Assembly: GCA_963664325.2 (NCBI GenBank)
Contig: CAXXDQ010000007.1
Span: forward strand, 96,001 to 160,000
Direction: 5' to 3'
Length of the DNA: 64,000 nucleotides
From: Desulfomonilia bacterium
GTDB taxonomy: Bacteria; Desulfobacterota; Desulfomonilia; UBA1062
The notes beneath the pieces are model-generated. The model was given only the letters and a program-made list of their open reading frames with translations. It was not told where the DNA came from and did no database searches. The stretch's first letter is position 1. Each line of letters opens with the position of its first letter. Positions 38,847 to 49,153 of the stretch are shown piece after piece. The position numbers and the translations under genes were made by a program.

Positions 38847-39239
38847 TTAAGCCTTTATAAAAAATCGTTTAAACAATGAAATGATAAAAAATGTGATGCA
38901 GTGTCCTCCAAAAAGAAATCCAAACAACATTGTTGTCGATAATAAATGTTGAAAGGAGAACGGAACCAAGTCTTTTACTAATCCCGGATAAATTAAGAAA
39001 CCTATTATCTGATAAAAAACCACAAAGCTTAATGACAGCCCACATGAAAGATAAATTAAGTGATTTCGAGTTAGTTTTTTTACAGCGTGAATAAAAACAA
39101 TAATCAAAATCCCAAACATAATGATCACTGATATTTGTTTTATTTGCATAGATAAATTGGCCTTGCTCATGGAGATGTACAAGCCAAGCGCTCCACATTC
39201 CAACAATACTCCCAAGATAAAATAGCTGATTATTATCAT
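38847..39239 (-). CDS. AT-rich membrane protein with about 4 TM segments, putative immunity protein
   Basis: ATGA overlap with the Rhs-CT stop; hydrophobic. Confidence 0.6.
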   Translation of the reverse strand: MIIISYFILGVLLECGALGLYISMSKANLSMQIKQISVIIMFGILIIVFIHAVKKLTRNHLIYLSCGLSLSFVVFYQIIGFLIYPGLVKDLVPFSFQHLLSTTMLFGFLFGGHCITFFIISLFKRFFIKA

Positions 39240-40030
39240 TTATATTTCACCTTGACCTTGACTGGACCTCGATGCTTTTTTAGAATTGGAAACAACTTAA
39301 CATCACCACTCCCAATGTCTATACAACCGGCAGACCCAGGTTTTTCCCCGCCATGTAAAAAGAAATTGTCTCTGCCTTTTGTATCTGTTGCACAAGGATC
39401 AGCATGAAGAGGCGCACGATATTCACCCCAATCGGCAATACCTAATAGCTGCATTATTTCCCTGGCAATTCCGGCTTTACTTATTTCTGAGGGGTATAAA
39501 CTATAAACCCCTTCGGGAATTGGCCCATAAAATGGTACACTTGTATCAGTTACACCATCTCTGCCAGATGTTGCCGGATACGTGCCAATAGGATTTCCAT
39601 CATCGTTATAATGAGTTACTCTTCCACCATCGAATAAGAGGCTATCAAGACCGCTGGGATCAACCCAATTCACCGGGTCATTGACGCAATAACCATACAA
39701 ATTTGTATCCCCCCCTGCAAAGAATATCGGGTCTTTGGCTGTCCAGCGTCCGGTCTCTGTGTCATAGTCTCTATACCCGAACCTGCACAACCTGGTCTTA
39801 GCGTCATACAGCCCGCCCGCAAAGCCGAAAGGCACATCCAGCGTGGGATTGGTATCGTTTATCACGTATCCGAACGTATCATAATTAATGCGCTTCTGAA
39901 CCTCTCCGTCGGAGTCTATAACAAGCCTCAGGCTTCCCACCTGGTCATAGGCCAGGTAGTACCTTATACCTCCGCCTGTAGTCATTGAAACCGGCATCCT
40001 GCCGTCCGCATACTCGAACCTGTATTTCAG
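39236..40030 (-). pseudogene. Orphan Rhs core fragment with a C-terminal Tlde1/DUF2778-like L,D-transpeptidase-fold toxin
   Basis: DQVGSLR, YDTFG, PFGFAGGLYD, RDYD...GRWTAKDP, NLYGYCVNDPVNWVDPSG, then SG..GPIPEG..WG..RDNFFLHGG...SAGC. No N-terminal YD-repeat shell; the 5' limit is approximate. Confidence 0.85.
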
Positions 40031-40046
40031 ATTGTCGCTGTTGTCA

Positions 40047-41510
40047 TCATTCGCTTCCCGGCACATCGATGATTACCTCATCCGGCTTTGCGGCAAGACT
40101 GTCCAGCACCTGAATCTCGACCGAATAGTCCTTCTCCAGTTTTGCCAAACGGCCGCGGTATTTGTTGAGAAGGGACATGGCCGCATCCCTCTGGAGCGTT
40201 ACCTTTATATGCTTCTGCTTGCTGCGGTCCAGGAAGAGGTGGATTTCCCTCAGGGCCATGAGGGCTGAAGATTCGGTTGACCGCACAATGCCGTGCCCGT
40301 TGCAGCAGGGGCAGACGATATGGCTCTTTTCGAGTATCGGCGGAGAAAGCCTCTCCCTGGACATCTCGAGTATGCCGAACTGGGAAATGCGGCTTATCCT
40401 CGAATGGGCCCGGTCGTTTTTGAGTGCGTCCTTGAGCGTTTTCTCGACCTTTTTTATGTTGTCCTTCAATTTCATATCGATAAAATCAATGACCACCAGC
40501 CCGCCAAGGTCCCTCAAAATGAGCTGTCTGGCTATTTCTGCCGCCGCCTCGAGGTTCGTGTTTAGCGCGGTTTCCTCCATGTCCTTCCCGCTGCTGGCCT
40601 GGCCTGAATTGACGTCGATTGACACCAGGGCCTCGGTCGGATCTATCACTATATGGCCGCCGCTCTTGAGCTTTACATTGCGGCCGTAAACGCTCATAAG
40701 CTGCTTTTCAAGCTCGTATTTCGTGAACAGGGGCTTGGATTCCCTGTACAGTTTCAAGAGGCCCTTGTAGCCGGGCATTACGCTTTTCATGAAGGACACG
40801 GCCTTTTTAAAGGTCGCTTCGCCGTCGATAAGGACTTCCTTCATGTCGGTGCTGAAATAATCCCTGATGGAGCGGATAACCACGTCATCCTCGGAATAGA
40901 TAAGGGCGGGTGATGCGGCGGTCACATAATCGTCTTCGATCTTTTTCCAGAGCTTGAGGACATAATTGAGGTCGCGCTGGAGTTCGGTCTTGGAGCGGTC
41001 CATGCCCGCGGTCCGCACGATGATTCCCGATTCTTTGGGCGGGTTGAGCTGCTTTACGATGTCTTTGAGGCGGTTCCTCTGCTCGTCGTCCTCGATCTTG
41101 CGGGAAATCCCGGATGAATCCTGGCCCGGAAGAAGCACCATGTACCTTCCGGCCAGCGAGATATTCATGGTTGCAAGCGCCCCTTTTGCGGACTTTTCGT
41201 CGCGGACCACCTGCACCATGATTTCCATGCCGTTTTGAATCTGCCTGGAAGGCTCTTTCCCGGGTTTTGCGTTCGGGATGAAAGAAAGGTTTATATCGTG
41301 CATGGGGAGGAAGGCGTTCTTCTCGCGGCCGATTTCTACAAAGACGGCATTCAGGCCTTTTTCGATGCGGGAAATTTTCCCCTTGTAGATATTGCCCTTG
41401 ATCTGCTCCTTCATGGAGCTTTCGATGAAGATTTCCTTTAAAGTCCCGTCCTCGACCACGGCAACCCTGATCTCTTCAGGATGAACCGCATCTATCAGCA
41501 TTTTTTTCAT
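40047..41510 (-). CDS. rne: Ribonuclease E/G family catalytic domain
   Basis: MLIDAVHPEEIRVA, GNIYKG, S1 domain, IDVNSG, LRDLGGLVVIDFIDM, CPCCNGHG. Confidence 0.93.
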   Translation of the reverse strand: MKKMLIDAVHPEEIRVAVVEDGTLKEIFIESSMKEQIKGNIYKGKISRIEKGLNAVFVEIGREKNAFLPMHDINLSFIPNAKPGKEPSRQIQNGMEIMVQVVRDEKSAKGALATMNISLAGRYMVLLPGQDSSGISRKIEDDEQRNRLKDIVKQLNPPKESGIIVRTAGMDRSKTELQRDLNYVLKLWKKIEDDYVTAASPALIYSEDDVVIRSIRDYFSTDMKEVLIDGEATFKKAVSFMKSVMPGYKGLLKLYRESKPLFTKYELEKQLMSVYGRNVKLKSGGHIVIDPTEALVSIDVNSGQASSGKDMEETALNTNLEAAAEIARQLILRDLGGLVVIDFIDMKLKDNIKKVEKTLKDALKNDRAHSRISRISQFGILEMSRERLSPPILEKSHIVCPCCNGHGIVRSTESSALMALREIHLFLDRSKQKHIKVTLQRDAAMSLLNKYRGRLAKLEKDYSVEIQVLDSLAAKPDEVIIDVPGSE

Positions 41511-42124
41511 ATCGCTTCCTGCATAAGATTTTCTGTAGTTCCACGGCCCTGCCTTAATATTTCCATCTCCCCGGTTTCAAGGCTTATGACCGTGGAGGGT
41601 TCGTCCGGTAGTATCCCGCTGTCGATTATAAGGTCGACCATGTGTCCGAGTTTGTCTTCTATCTCAAGCGGGTCGACATGGCGGCCCTGGGTTCCTATGG
41701 GGATGCTCGTCGTAACGATGGGCTCGCCGAGCTCGGCAATGAGCATTTCACAGAACCAGTGGTCGGGTATTCTGATCCCGATCGTCTTTCTGTTTGACTG
41801 CATGATCCTGGGCACCAGCTTTGTCGACGGCAGGATGATCGTGTACGGCCCGGGGAGGAGCTTTCTGATGATTCTGAAGGCATTGTTGTCGACATATGCA
41901 TACATGCTGATGTCCTTGAAATCCGAGAGCATGATGCTTCTGGGCTTGTCAGGGCCCTTTTTGACTTCGTTGATCTTGTCGATGCCCTTTTTATTCGAGA
42001 GCCTGCATCCGATTCCGTAGACGGTGTCAGTCGGGTAAACGATTATGCCGCCGTCTTTAAGTATTTCGACGGCCCGCTTGACGGCCCTGGGTTTTGGTAT
42101 GTATGGCTCGATCTCGATACGCAT
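41507..42124 (-). CDS. Sua5/YciO/YrdC family protein (YciO-like)
   Basis: YPTDTVYGIGC, LPGPYT, IGIRIP, PSTVI, LRQG. Confidence 0.9.
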   Translation of the reverse strand: MRIEIEPYIPKPRAVKRAVEILKDGGIIVYPTDTVYGIGCRLSNKKGIDKINEVKKGPDKPRSIMLSDFKDISMYAYVDNNAFRIIRKLLPGPYTIILPSTKLVPRIMQSNRKTIGIRIPDHWFCEMLIAELGEPIVTTSIPIGTQGRHVDPLEIEDKLGHMVDLIIDSGILPDEPSTVISLETGEMEILRQGRGTTENLMQEAI

Positions 42125-42128
42125 AAAG

Positions 42129-42884
42129 CTATTCCCTGATACACAGTCCTTTCAGGTCGATATTGGACAGCGATGCAAAGATGGAATACCTGAGTTTCGG
42201 GATGTCCGATTCCATTTTCTTCAGGTAGTCCTTAACCATATGCCTTTTGCCGTCCTTTCTCATTATGCACTCGTTTTTAACCGGCTCGACGTCCATAAAT
42301 GAAAAATATGAAGCAATTGTTTCCTCGGGGCAGTATGCCAATGGTCTTATGATCCTGTTTTTCCCGTCGTCCGAAACCCTGGAAGGGCTCATTGCCCCGA
42401 TTTGTCCCGTGAAGAAGCACCTTAGCACAAATGTCTCCACTATGTCATCCATATGATGGCCCAGCGCAATGGACGTTGCGCCGGTTTCTGCTGCATGTGT
42501 GTAGAGCACGCCGCGCCTCAGCCTGGAACACAAAGCGCAGGGGCTCTTTCCGGGATCGGACGATCCGGCCAGTATCCGGGCAATGCCGCTGTCGATAATG
42601 CCCATTTTCAGCCCCAGTTCGGATTCCGACCATGATGAGACGGCATCGAAGCCTTTTTCAAATCCCGTACTCACATGGACGGGGAGAAGCTCGAAATCAA
42701 CCGGCGCAGCCTTCTGCAGCATGTGGAGGACCCGCAGGAGCACGATGGAATCCTTGCCGCCCGAAACAGCGACGAGCACCCTGTCGCCGTCACTGATCAT
42801 CGAATAATCGCTTATCGCCCGGCCCGTCTGCTTCCTGAGCGCCTTTTCAAAGTATTTTATCCCGCGGGCTTTCATGGTCTTCAT
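42129..42884 (-). CDS. ttcA: tRNA 2-thiocytidine biosynthesis protein (TtcA family)
   Basis: PP-loop SGGKDS, PCALCSRLRRG, ALGHHMDD, IRPL. Confidence 0.85.
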   Translation of the reverse strand: MKTMKARGIKYFEKALRKQTGRAISDYSMISDGDRVLVAVSGGKDSIVLLRVLHMLQKAAPVDFELLPVHVSTGFEKGFDAVSSWSESELGLKMGIIDSGIARILAGSSDPGKSPCALCSRLRRGVLYTHAAETGATSIALGHHMDDIVETFVLRCFFTGQIGAMSPSRVSDDGKNRIIRPLAYCPEETIASYFSFMDVEPVKNECIMRKDGKRHMVKDYLKKMESDIPKLRYSIFASLSNIDLKGLCIRE

Positions 42885-43801
42885 CTCTGGTCCAGGACCC
42901 CTTGTATCCCGGCCAGGGCGTCATCAGGATTGAAAAACCGGTCCATGCCGTAATGCCCCCTGTTCCATGTCATCTGCCGCTTGGCATAGTGGCGGGTGTC
43001 GCGCTTGACAAGTGAAACGGCATCACCCACCGGCAGTCCGTCCTGCAGATGTGCAACTAGGTGCTTGTAGCCGAGCGCCTGCATGGATTTAAGGCCTGGT
43101 GAATAGCCTGCTTCAAGGAGCCTCTTCGTTTCATCCACGAGCCCCATTGCAATCATTTCATCAACCCTCCGGTTTATCCTCTCATAAAGAATTTCTCGTT
43201 CCATCGAAATGCAGAGAACCCTGACGTTGAGTTTCGGCTCCCTGAAACCATGGCCCTCGTGCATCGCAGAAGGCTTTTCTCCGGTGAGCAGTATCATTTC
43301 CATATAACGGATTATACGCGAGGCGTCTGCGGGACTTATCTTTTCTGCGATGTCGGGGTCGTGGCGGTTAAGGATATCCCATGCCTTGTGCGAGCCGTTC
43401 GTTCTTATAAAGTCTCTCAAATTTTCTCTGATTTCTTCAGAGCGGGTAGGGCCCTCGCTGAGGCCGAATATAAGTGCCTTTATATATAAGCCTGTTCCTC
43501 CTGCAACTATCGGGATATGGCCGCGCGATACGATTTCGGCGGCAATTCTCAAAGCATCCTTTCTAAAGGCGCCTGCGTTATATTCCTCGTCAGGGTTCAT
43601 GATGTCTATAAGGTGGTGCGGCAGGATTTTCTGCTCCTCTAGCGTAGGCTTGGCAGTTGCTATGTCCATCCCGCGATAGATCTGCATGGAATCGGCCGAG
43701 ATTATTTCAATCGGGTATTTTCCGGCCAGCTTCAGAATAATGCCGGTCTTTCCCGAGGCTGTCGGCCCGGTCAGTATGATCAGGGGGTTCGTACCGTTCA
43801 C
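42881..43801 (-). CDS. miaA: tRNA dimethylallyltransferase
   Basis: GPTASGKT, SADSMQIY, GGTGLY, ALGYK, YAKRQMTW. Confidence 0.96.
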   Translation of the reverse strand: MNGTNPLIILTGPTASGKTGIILKLAGKYPIEIISADSMQIYRGMDIATAKPTLEEQKILPHHLIDIMNPDEEYNAGAFRKDALRIAAEIVSRGHIPIVAGGTGLYIKALIFGLSEGPTRSEEIRENLRDFIRTNGSHKAWDILNRHDPDIAEKISPADASRIIRYMEMILLTGEKPSAMHEGHGFREPKLNVRVLCISMEREILYERINRRVDEMIAMGLVDETKRLLEAGYSPGLKSMQALGYKHLVAHLQDGLPVGDAVSLVKRDTRHYAKRQMTWNRGHYGMDRFFNPDDALAGIQGVLDQR

Positions 43802-43916
43802 AGGGTCTTTCTTACAACAATAAGCCGGAATAGGGTAGGGCTCATGTGAATATGCCTTTTAAAAGAGCTTTAAGCCTGATAGAGACGTTTTCTATGAAAC
43901 GTCCGAAGGACACGCT

Positions 43917-44828
43917 ATGCACAATGTGAAAAAAGCTTTCAAACCAAAACGGGGCGAGGAAAAGCAGTCGGTTTTCATAACAGCCCAACCGGCTGATCTG
44001 ATAACGTTTCTCACCGCCAGCATGCCCGGCAAAAGCCGAAAAACTATCCTGTCGCTGCTCACGCACCGGCAGGTCAGCGTGGACCATAAGATCACCACGC
44101 AGTACAACCATCCGCTGAATCCGGGCCAGCAGGTCATTGTAAACTGGAACAAGGTCCTTCAGGGCTCTCAGCACAAGGGCTTGAAAATCGTGTTTGAAGA
44201 CGCCGGCATTGTCGTTGTCGAAAAGCCCCACGGCCTGCTTTCCATTGCCACAGACAAGGAAAAGGACAGGACGGTCTACAGGATTTTGAGCGACCAGGCC
44301 AAAAAGATACACCCCAAGAACCTCATATTCATCGTGCACCGGCTGGACCGTGAGGTCTCGGGGCTTATGGTGTTCGCCAAGAACAGGGATATCAAGCAGA
44401 GACTTCAGGAGTCTTGGGACAAGGACGTGATCGAGAGAAAATATGTAGCGGTCGTCGAAGGCGTTGTCAAAGAAGACCAGGCCACGGTCACCTCATGGCT
44501 TAAGGAAAATAAGGCCCGCATCATGTACTCAAGCCATACCCCTGAAGACGGCCAGAAGGCCGTCACGCATTACAGGGTGCTGAAGAGGGGCAGGAACTTT
44601 TCCTTGCTCGAAGTGAGGCTCGAAACAGGCCGCAAAAACCAGATACGCGTGCACATGAAGGATATCGGCCACAGTGTTGCCGGCGACGTCAAATACGGTG
44701 CGCACAGGAAGGACCTTGGCCGCCTGGGCCTGCATGCTTTTTCGCTGGCATTCAGGCATCCGGTCACGGGCGAAGCGTTGCGCTTCGAGACCCCGGTCCC
44801 GGGTATTTTCCTGAGCCTGTTTAAATAG
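43917..44828 (+). CDS. RluA/RluD-family pseudouridine synthase
   Basis: KPHGL, VHRLDREVSG, TGRKNQIRVH, GDVKY, LHA. Confidence 0.93.
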   Translation: MHNVKKAFKPKRGEEKQSVFITAQPADLITFLTASMPGKSRKTILSLLTHRQVSVDHKITTQYNHPLNPGQQVIVNWNKVLQGSQHKGLKIVFEDAGIVVVEKPHGLLSIATDKEKDRTVYRILSDQAKKIHPKNLIFIVHRLDREVSGLMVFAKNRDIKQRLQESWDKDVIERKYVAVVEGVVKEDQATVTSWLKENKARIMYSSHTPEDGQKAVTHYRVLKRGRNFSLLEVRLETGRKNQIRVHMKDIGHSVAGDVKYGAHRKDLGRLGLHAFSLAFRHPVTGEALRFETPVPGIFLSLFK

Positions 44829-45088
44829 CGGCGGAAGGATTCAGAGACAACAGGTGCTGTTAATGCTTGTAAAAAATATTTTTAAATCATCTGAACATAT
44901 TAATCGGAGAAGGTTTGCGGCTGCGCCTGAATGCTCATGAAGGCTTATGAGCTGACAAGTAAAATCAAAATATCAGGCCATGTTGAAACAATGAGCCTCA
45001 GCGCACATATGGTGTTGCCGATTCTTGTACGACTGCCTGCATTGCAGGCTGTCCGGTTGCCCTCATCCCGTCAGGGGATTCCCGGCGC

Positions 45089-45526
45089 TTACGGGTTACT
45101 CTCCATGATTATATTGACGAGTTCATCGTATTCGTCATGGTTGAAGGGCGGCTTGGCAGTAGCAAGCAGCCAGAGCTCGACCTGCCTCTGCGGATCAAGG
45201 TAGCAGGCTGTTCCTGTCGGCTCCCCTCCTGCCGTATTTTGTACTATAACCTGGCCATGACAGGCCCGGATTATCTGGACATAATCTGATGATGTGGCGG
45301 GAACCTGTACGGTGAAACCGCGATAACCTAAACCATCATGGCAGGTACATATTTCCTGGGTCTGATCCAATTGGGAGATCATATTTTTCAGGTTGTATAC
45401 CTCAGCAGGGGTAAGCATCCAGGTTGGATCTTCGCGTCCGGAGTAAATATTCAACTCAACTTTGGACGTGCATCCCAGTAACGATAAAAACCCCAGCAGC
45501 AGCCATCCTTTTTTTACAATACCCAT
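45089..45526 (-). CDS. Hypothetical lipoprotein
   Basis: Lipobox LLGC; VELNIYSGREDPTW...GLGYRGF; GGAGG RBS. Confidence 0.7.
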   Translation of the reverse strand: MGIVKKGWLLLGFLSLLGCTSKVELNIYSGREDPTWMLTPAEVYNLKNMISQLDQTQEICTCHDGLGYRGFTVQVPATSSDYVQIIRACHGQVIVQNTAGGEPTGTACYLDPQRQVELWLLATAKPPFNHDEYDELVNIIMESNP

Positions 45527-45682
45527 TTTGATTTCCTCCCTTTTCCACATAAGATAAAATATTATATTGTCGGATTTATGATAATCCCGTTATCCGGTAA
45601 AAGCAACTTGAGGTTGCCTGTGCCTAGGGGGAAATATGGAGGGATACCAAGAAAATAACTTCAATATCATCCGGGTCGGAAA

Positions 45683-46021
45683 ATGAAAGATTCACAAAGA
45701 ATCGCAAGGGAAAAGAAAACCGTAAAAATAATGATTGGGATATACTGCACCGCCCATCATGGCAATGCTTCTGGAATATGCGGGGAGTGCGCAGGGCTTT
45801 ATGATTATGCCGTGCGCCGGACCGATAAATGCCCGTTTAAAGAGCGGAAGCCTGTTTGCGGCAGATGCCAGGTGCATTGCCATAAGCCGGAGATGAGAGA
45901 GAAGATGCGCGCGGTCATGCGCTATTCAGGTCCGAAAATTCTGCTGTCGCACCCCGTCTTAGGTGTAATGCATATTATCGACAGGTTCAGATATAAGGCG
46001 GATAAGGACAGGCGTCCTTAG
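45683..46021 (+). CDS. YgbA (nitrous oxide-stimulated promoter) family Cys-rich protein
   Basis: REKKTV..MI..YC...CGEC...KCP...KPVC..C..HC...MRYSGP. Confidence 0.88.
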   Translation: MKDSQRIAREKKTVKIMIGIYCTAHHGNASGICGECAGLYDYAVRRTDKCPFKERKPVCGRCQVHCHKPEMREKMRAVMRYSGPKILLSHPVLGVMHIIDRFRYKADKDRRP

Positions 46022-46479
46022 TCTGTTGCTCCGCACTCGGACTGAGTGTAATTGCTCATATAAAACACCACGAACCCCCCGGTCTCCTGCGCCATATAGC
46101 AAAGGTCGGACCTGTCTGCGGAATGCGATTCAAGGATGTTCCTGAATCCAAGCAATTCGGAGGGCATGGCAAAAGTGCCGGAATAGCATTCTGACTGCGT
46201 TTCTGCCGGGAAGCTCAGGCATACCGCATCCGTGAAAGCGGCCATTTTCTCCGCGCTGTTGACATATTTATTCAGGATATCCAGAAGGAGCGCTTTGTCA
46301 GGATAATCACCTTCCATACAGCTGTAATAGTCATTATAGTATAACCCGCCATGCAGGAGAATGCTGGCGTCGGCGCAGTAATCGTCAGCCTTCTGTTCAT
46401 TATTGCTGCTTCCGCAGGAAGTTAAGGCGGTAAAAAAGAAAATGGTGATAATTAGCATGAAATTTATCTTCAAGGGCAT
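46018..46479 (-). CDS. Hypothetical Cys-containing lipoprotein
   Basis: Lipobox LTSC; GGAGG RBS. Confidence 0.7.
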   Translation of the reverse strand: MPLKINFMLIITIFFFTALTSCGSSNNEQKADDYCADASILLHGGLYYNDYYSCMEGDYPDKALLLDILNKYVNSAEKMAAFTDAVCLSFPAETQSECYSGTFAMPSELLGFRNILESHSADRSDLCYMAQETGGFVVFYMSNYTQSECGATD

Positions 46480-46628
46480 CTACCTCCACTTTTTATATAC
46501 TTCGGCATATTGGGATTAAATAATTATATTTTGGGTAATAATTAGATGTGTGAATTGTAATGTCCTGAAAGCTGCATGATGATATACTTTTAAAATTAGT
46601 CAGAAAATTATTTCCTGGAGGATATGTT

Positions 46629-48038
46629 ATGACTGCACAGAGAGTCCATTCATTTACAGATGACGTACTGGCCGATCACGATGCAACGGGCATTGCAGCG
46701 CTTATAAGGGATCGCAAGATCAGCGCGGAAGAAGCCGCTGCCGCCGCCATTGCCCGCGCACGCAAGGTCAACGGCGAACTGAACGCCGTCGCATTCGAGG
46801 CTTATGAGCGTGCGCTGGTTGAATCGCGCTCAGATAAAACGGGGATTTTTGCAGGCGTTCCAACCTTTATCAAGGACAATGTAGATGTCATGGGCATGCC
46901 CACAAGGTACGGCTCTCAGGCTACTTCGGCGAAACCAGCCCGCAGGGACGACCCGTTTGCCGCACAGCTCATGCGGCTCGGTTTTACCGTGCTCGGAAAA
47001 AGCAGGCTTCCCGAATTCGGTTTCAACGCCACCACCGAATTCAGCGATCAGGATCCGGCGCACAATCCCTGGCGCACCGCATATTCCACGGGCGGTTCTT
47101 CCGGAGGATCAGCGGCCCTGGTTGCATCCGGAGTCGTGCCTGTCGCTCATGGCAATGACGGGGGAGGCTCCATACGCATCCCGTCATCATGCAACGGTCT
47201 TATAGGCATGAAGCCTTCCCTCGGACGTTTTATAGTATGCCAGATGGCCCGGTCCCTGCCCATCAACATCATCGGCGACGGTCTTCTGACCCGCTCAGTG
47301 AGGGATACGGCCAGGTTTTTTAATGGCATGGAGCAGGTGTGGCAAAACAGCAAATTGCCTCCTGTGGGAGATATTCAGGGGCCAGGGAAAAAACGCCTGC
47401 GCATAGGGCTTGTTATGGATTCGATCACAGGCATACCCTCATGCGGTGAAACCTGCAAAACCGTCAATGATACTGCAGCGCTGATGGAAAGTCTCGGGCA
47501 TCGCGTGGAGCCCATGAAGGTTCCGGTTGAAAAGATTTTTATAGAAGATTTCACACTTTACTGGGGATTCCTGGCTTTCTCGATCAGCACCTTCGGGCGT
47601 CTCATAGTATCGTTTGATTTTGACGCATCGAAACTGGAACCCTTCAGCCGGGGCCTGGTGCGCTATTTCCGAAAGCGCATGATGAAGACGCCAGGCATGC
47701 TGTACCGTCTGCGACGCTGTGCAGCCGATTATGACGCGGCACTTGCGGGGTATGATGCTGTTTTGTCACCGGTGCTTGCACATACCGTGGCCGAACTCGG
47801 ATATCTGCATCCCGATATCGAGTTCGACGAGCTGTTCCGGCGCCTGATCGAATATGTGTCGTTTACGCCCGTCAATAACGCCTCAGGCTCGCCTGCCATC
47901 ACGCTGCCCATGGGTGCAGACGCCAATGGCGTGCCTGTGGGTGTGCAGTTCATGGCGGCAACCGGGCGGGAGCGCACCCTGCTTGAAATCGCATATGAAA
48001 TTGAGGAGGCGCATCCCTGGAGAAAAATTACCGGGTGA
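46629..48038 (+). CDS. Amidase (amidase-signature family)
   Basis: GVPTFIKD, GGSSGGS, GNDGGGSIRIP (Ser-cisSer-Lys triad). Confidence 0.93.
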   Translation: MTAQRVHSFTDDVLADHDATGIAALIRDRKISAEEAAAAAIARARKVNGELNAVAFEAYERALVESRSDKTGIFAGVPTFIKDNVDVMGMPTRYGSQATSAKPARRDDPFAAQLMRLGFTVLGKSRLPEFGFNATTEFSDQDPAHNPWRTAYSTGGSSGGSAALVASGVVPVAHGNDGGGSIRIPSSCNGLIGMKPSLGRFIVCQMARSLPINIIGDGLLTRSVRDTARFFNGMEQVWQNSKLPPVGDIQGPGKKRLRIGLVMDSITGIPSCGETCKTVNDTAALMESLGHRVEPMKVPVEKIFIEDFTLYWGFLAFSISTFGRLIVSFDFDASKLEPFSRGLVRYFRKRMMKTPGMLYRLRRCAADYDAALAGYDAVLSPVLAHTVAELGYLHPDIEFDELFRRLIEYVSFTPVNNASGSPAITLPMGADANGVPVGVQFMAATGRERTLLEIAYEIEEAHPWRKITG

Positions 48039-48089
48039 TGAAACCTGGAGACTCAGGCTTTTCAGCTTTTACCTGCCGATTGCGGCAGG

Positions 48090-49055
48090 TCAAACCATGA
48101 AGTAAAGCAGCGCCGGAATGGTAACAAGGCTTATCAGATATGTTGCAATGACCAGGGCGGCGGCCAGAGGACCGTCACACCCGTACCTGTCGGCCAGGAC
48201 CGCAGCGATCGCCCCTGAAGGCATGGCGGATTCTATAAGAATGATCTGACGGGTGAGGAACGGCAGACCTGCGGCATGCGGCAGCAGCAATGCTAGGGCA
48301 GGCTCGATAAGCATCTTCACCAGAACCACCAGAGCGAGCAGAGGGATGAATTTCCTGAGCCTGACAGGCTTGAGCATGAGGCCGATTGCGATCCAGACCA
48401 GAAGGTCGACGGAATGTTTGATGACATCGAAAAAGCCAGTAAAGATTTCAGTGAACGCGACAGTTCCTGGAACCCTGTAATAAGATGTGAGAACGGATGC
48501 GATGATCCCCAGAATAAACGCGATGAAAATAGGCGTTGAAAGAAAATCTTTAAGGGTAACCAGTTTGGAATGTTCTGCGTTCTCTTCTTTTCTGCCGAAA
48601 AAGTCAGCAATGAGAACCCCGATCGTAAAAAAGGGAAGGGCTACCCCCAGCGTTGCCATTGTGATCCCCTGGCCGAGGGCTTCGCTCCCGTGACCGAATA
48701 TACTGACCAGAAGGGGGACGGCGAAAGTCGAGGTGCTCCCGAATGTCCCGACAATAATGAGTGTGCCGGTCGTTCGGGCCGGCAGATGCAAGATCAGGCA
48801 TATCAAATAAACGATCAGCATGCAGATGATGAGGGAGGCAAGAATAATCAGCGCCGGAACTATCCAGTCGGCCCTGAACGAGATCGTTGCCATACCCGTA
48901 AAAATAACCGCCGGCAGGGCAAGTTCGGTTACCAGGCGATCAAAAACTCCCTGGTGGCTGTCATTGAAGACACCCCTTAATTTTAAGAGACGGATGATAA
49001 TGACGATCAGCAGAAATATCATCACCAGTTCGAGAAGGGGAAGCGATATCCTCAT
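48090..49055 (-). CDS. AEC (auxin efflux carrier) family transporter
   Basis: LALPAVIF, ESAMPSG...ADRYG; about 10 TM segments. Confidence 0.85.
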   Translation of the reverse strand: MRISLPLLELVMIFLLIVIIIRLLKLRGVFNDSHQGVFDRLVTELALPAVIFTGMATISFRADWIVPALIILASLIICMLIVYLICLILHLPARTTGTLIIVGTFGSTSTFAVPLLVSIFGHGSEALGQGITMATLGVALPFFTIGVLIADFFGRKEENAEHSKLVTLKDFLSTPIFIAFILGIIASVLTSYYRVPGTVAFTEIFTGFFDVIKHSVDLLVWIAIGLMLKPVRLRKFIPLLALVVLVKMLIEPALALLLPHAAGLPFLTRQIILIESAMPSGAIAAVLADRYGCDGPLAAALVIATYLISLVTIPALLYFMV

Positions 49056-49153
49056 GGTTGCAGCCCTCCGGGCGTAACTTTCCTCTGTTCTTTCCGGTTT
49101 TCTCTATTCGATTTGTTTATATCCATCGGGTTCATGCTTTTCACCGTTTTCGA

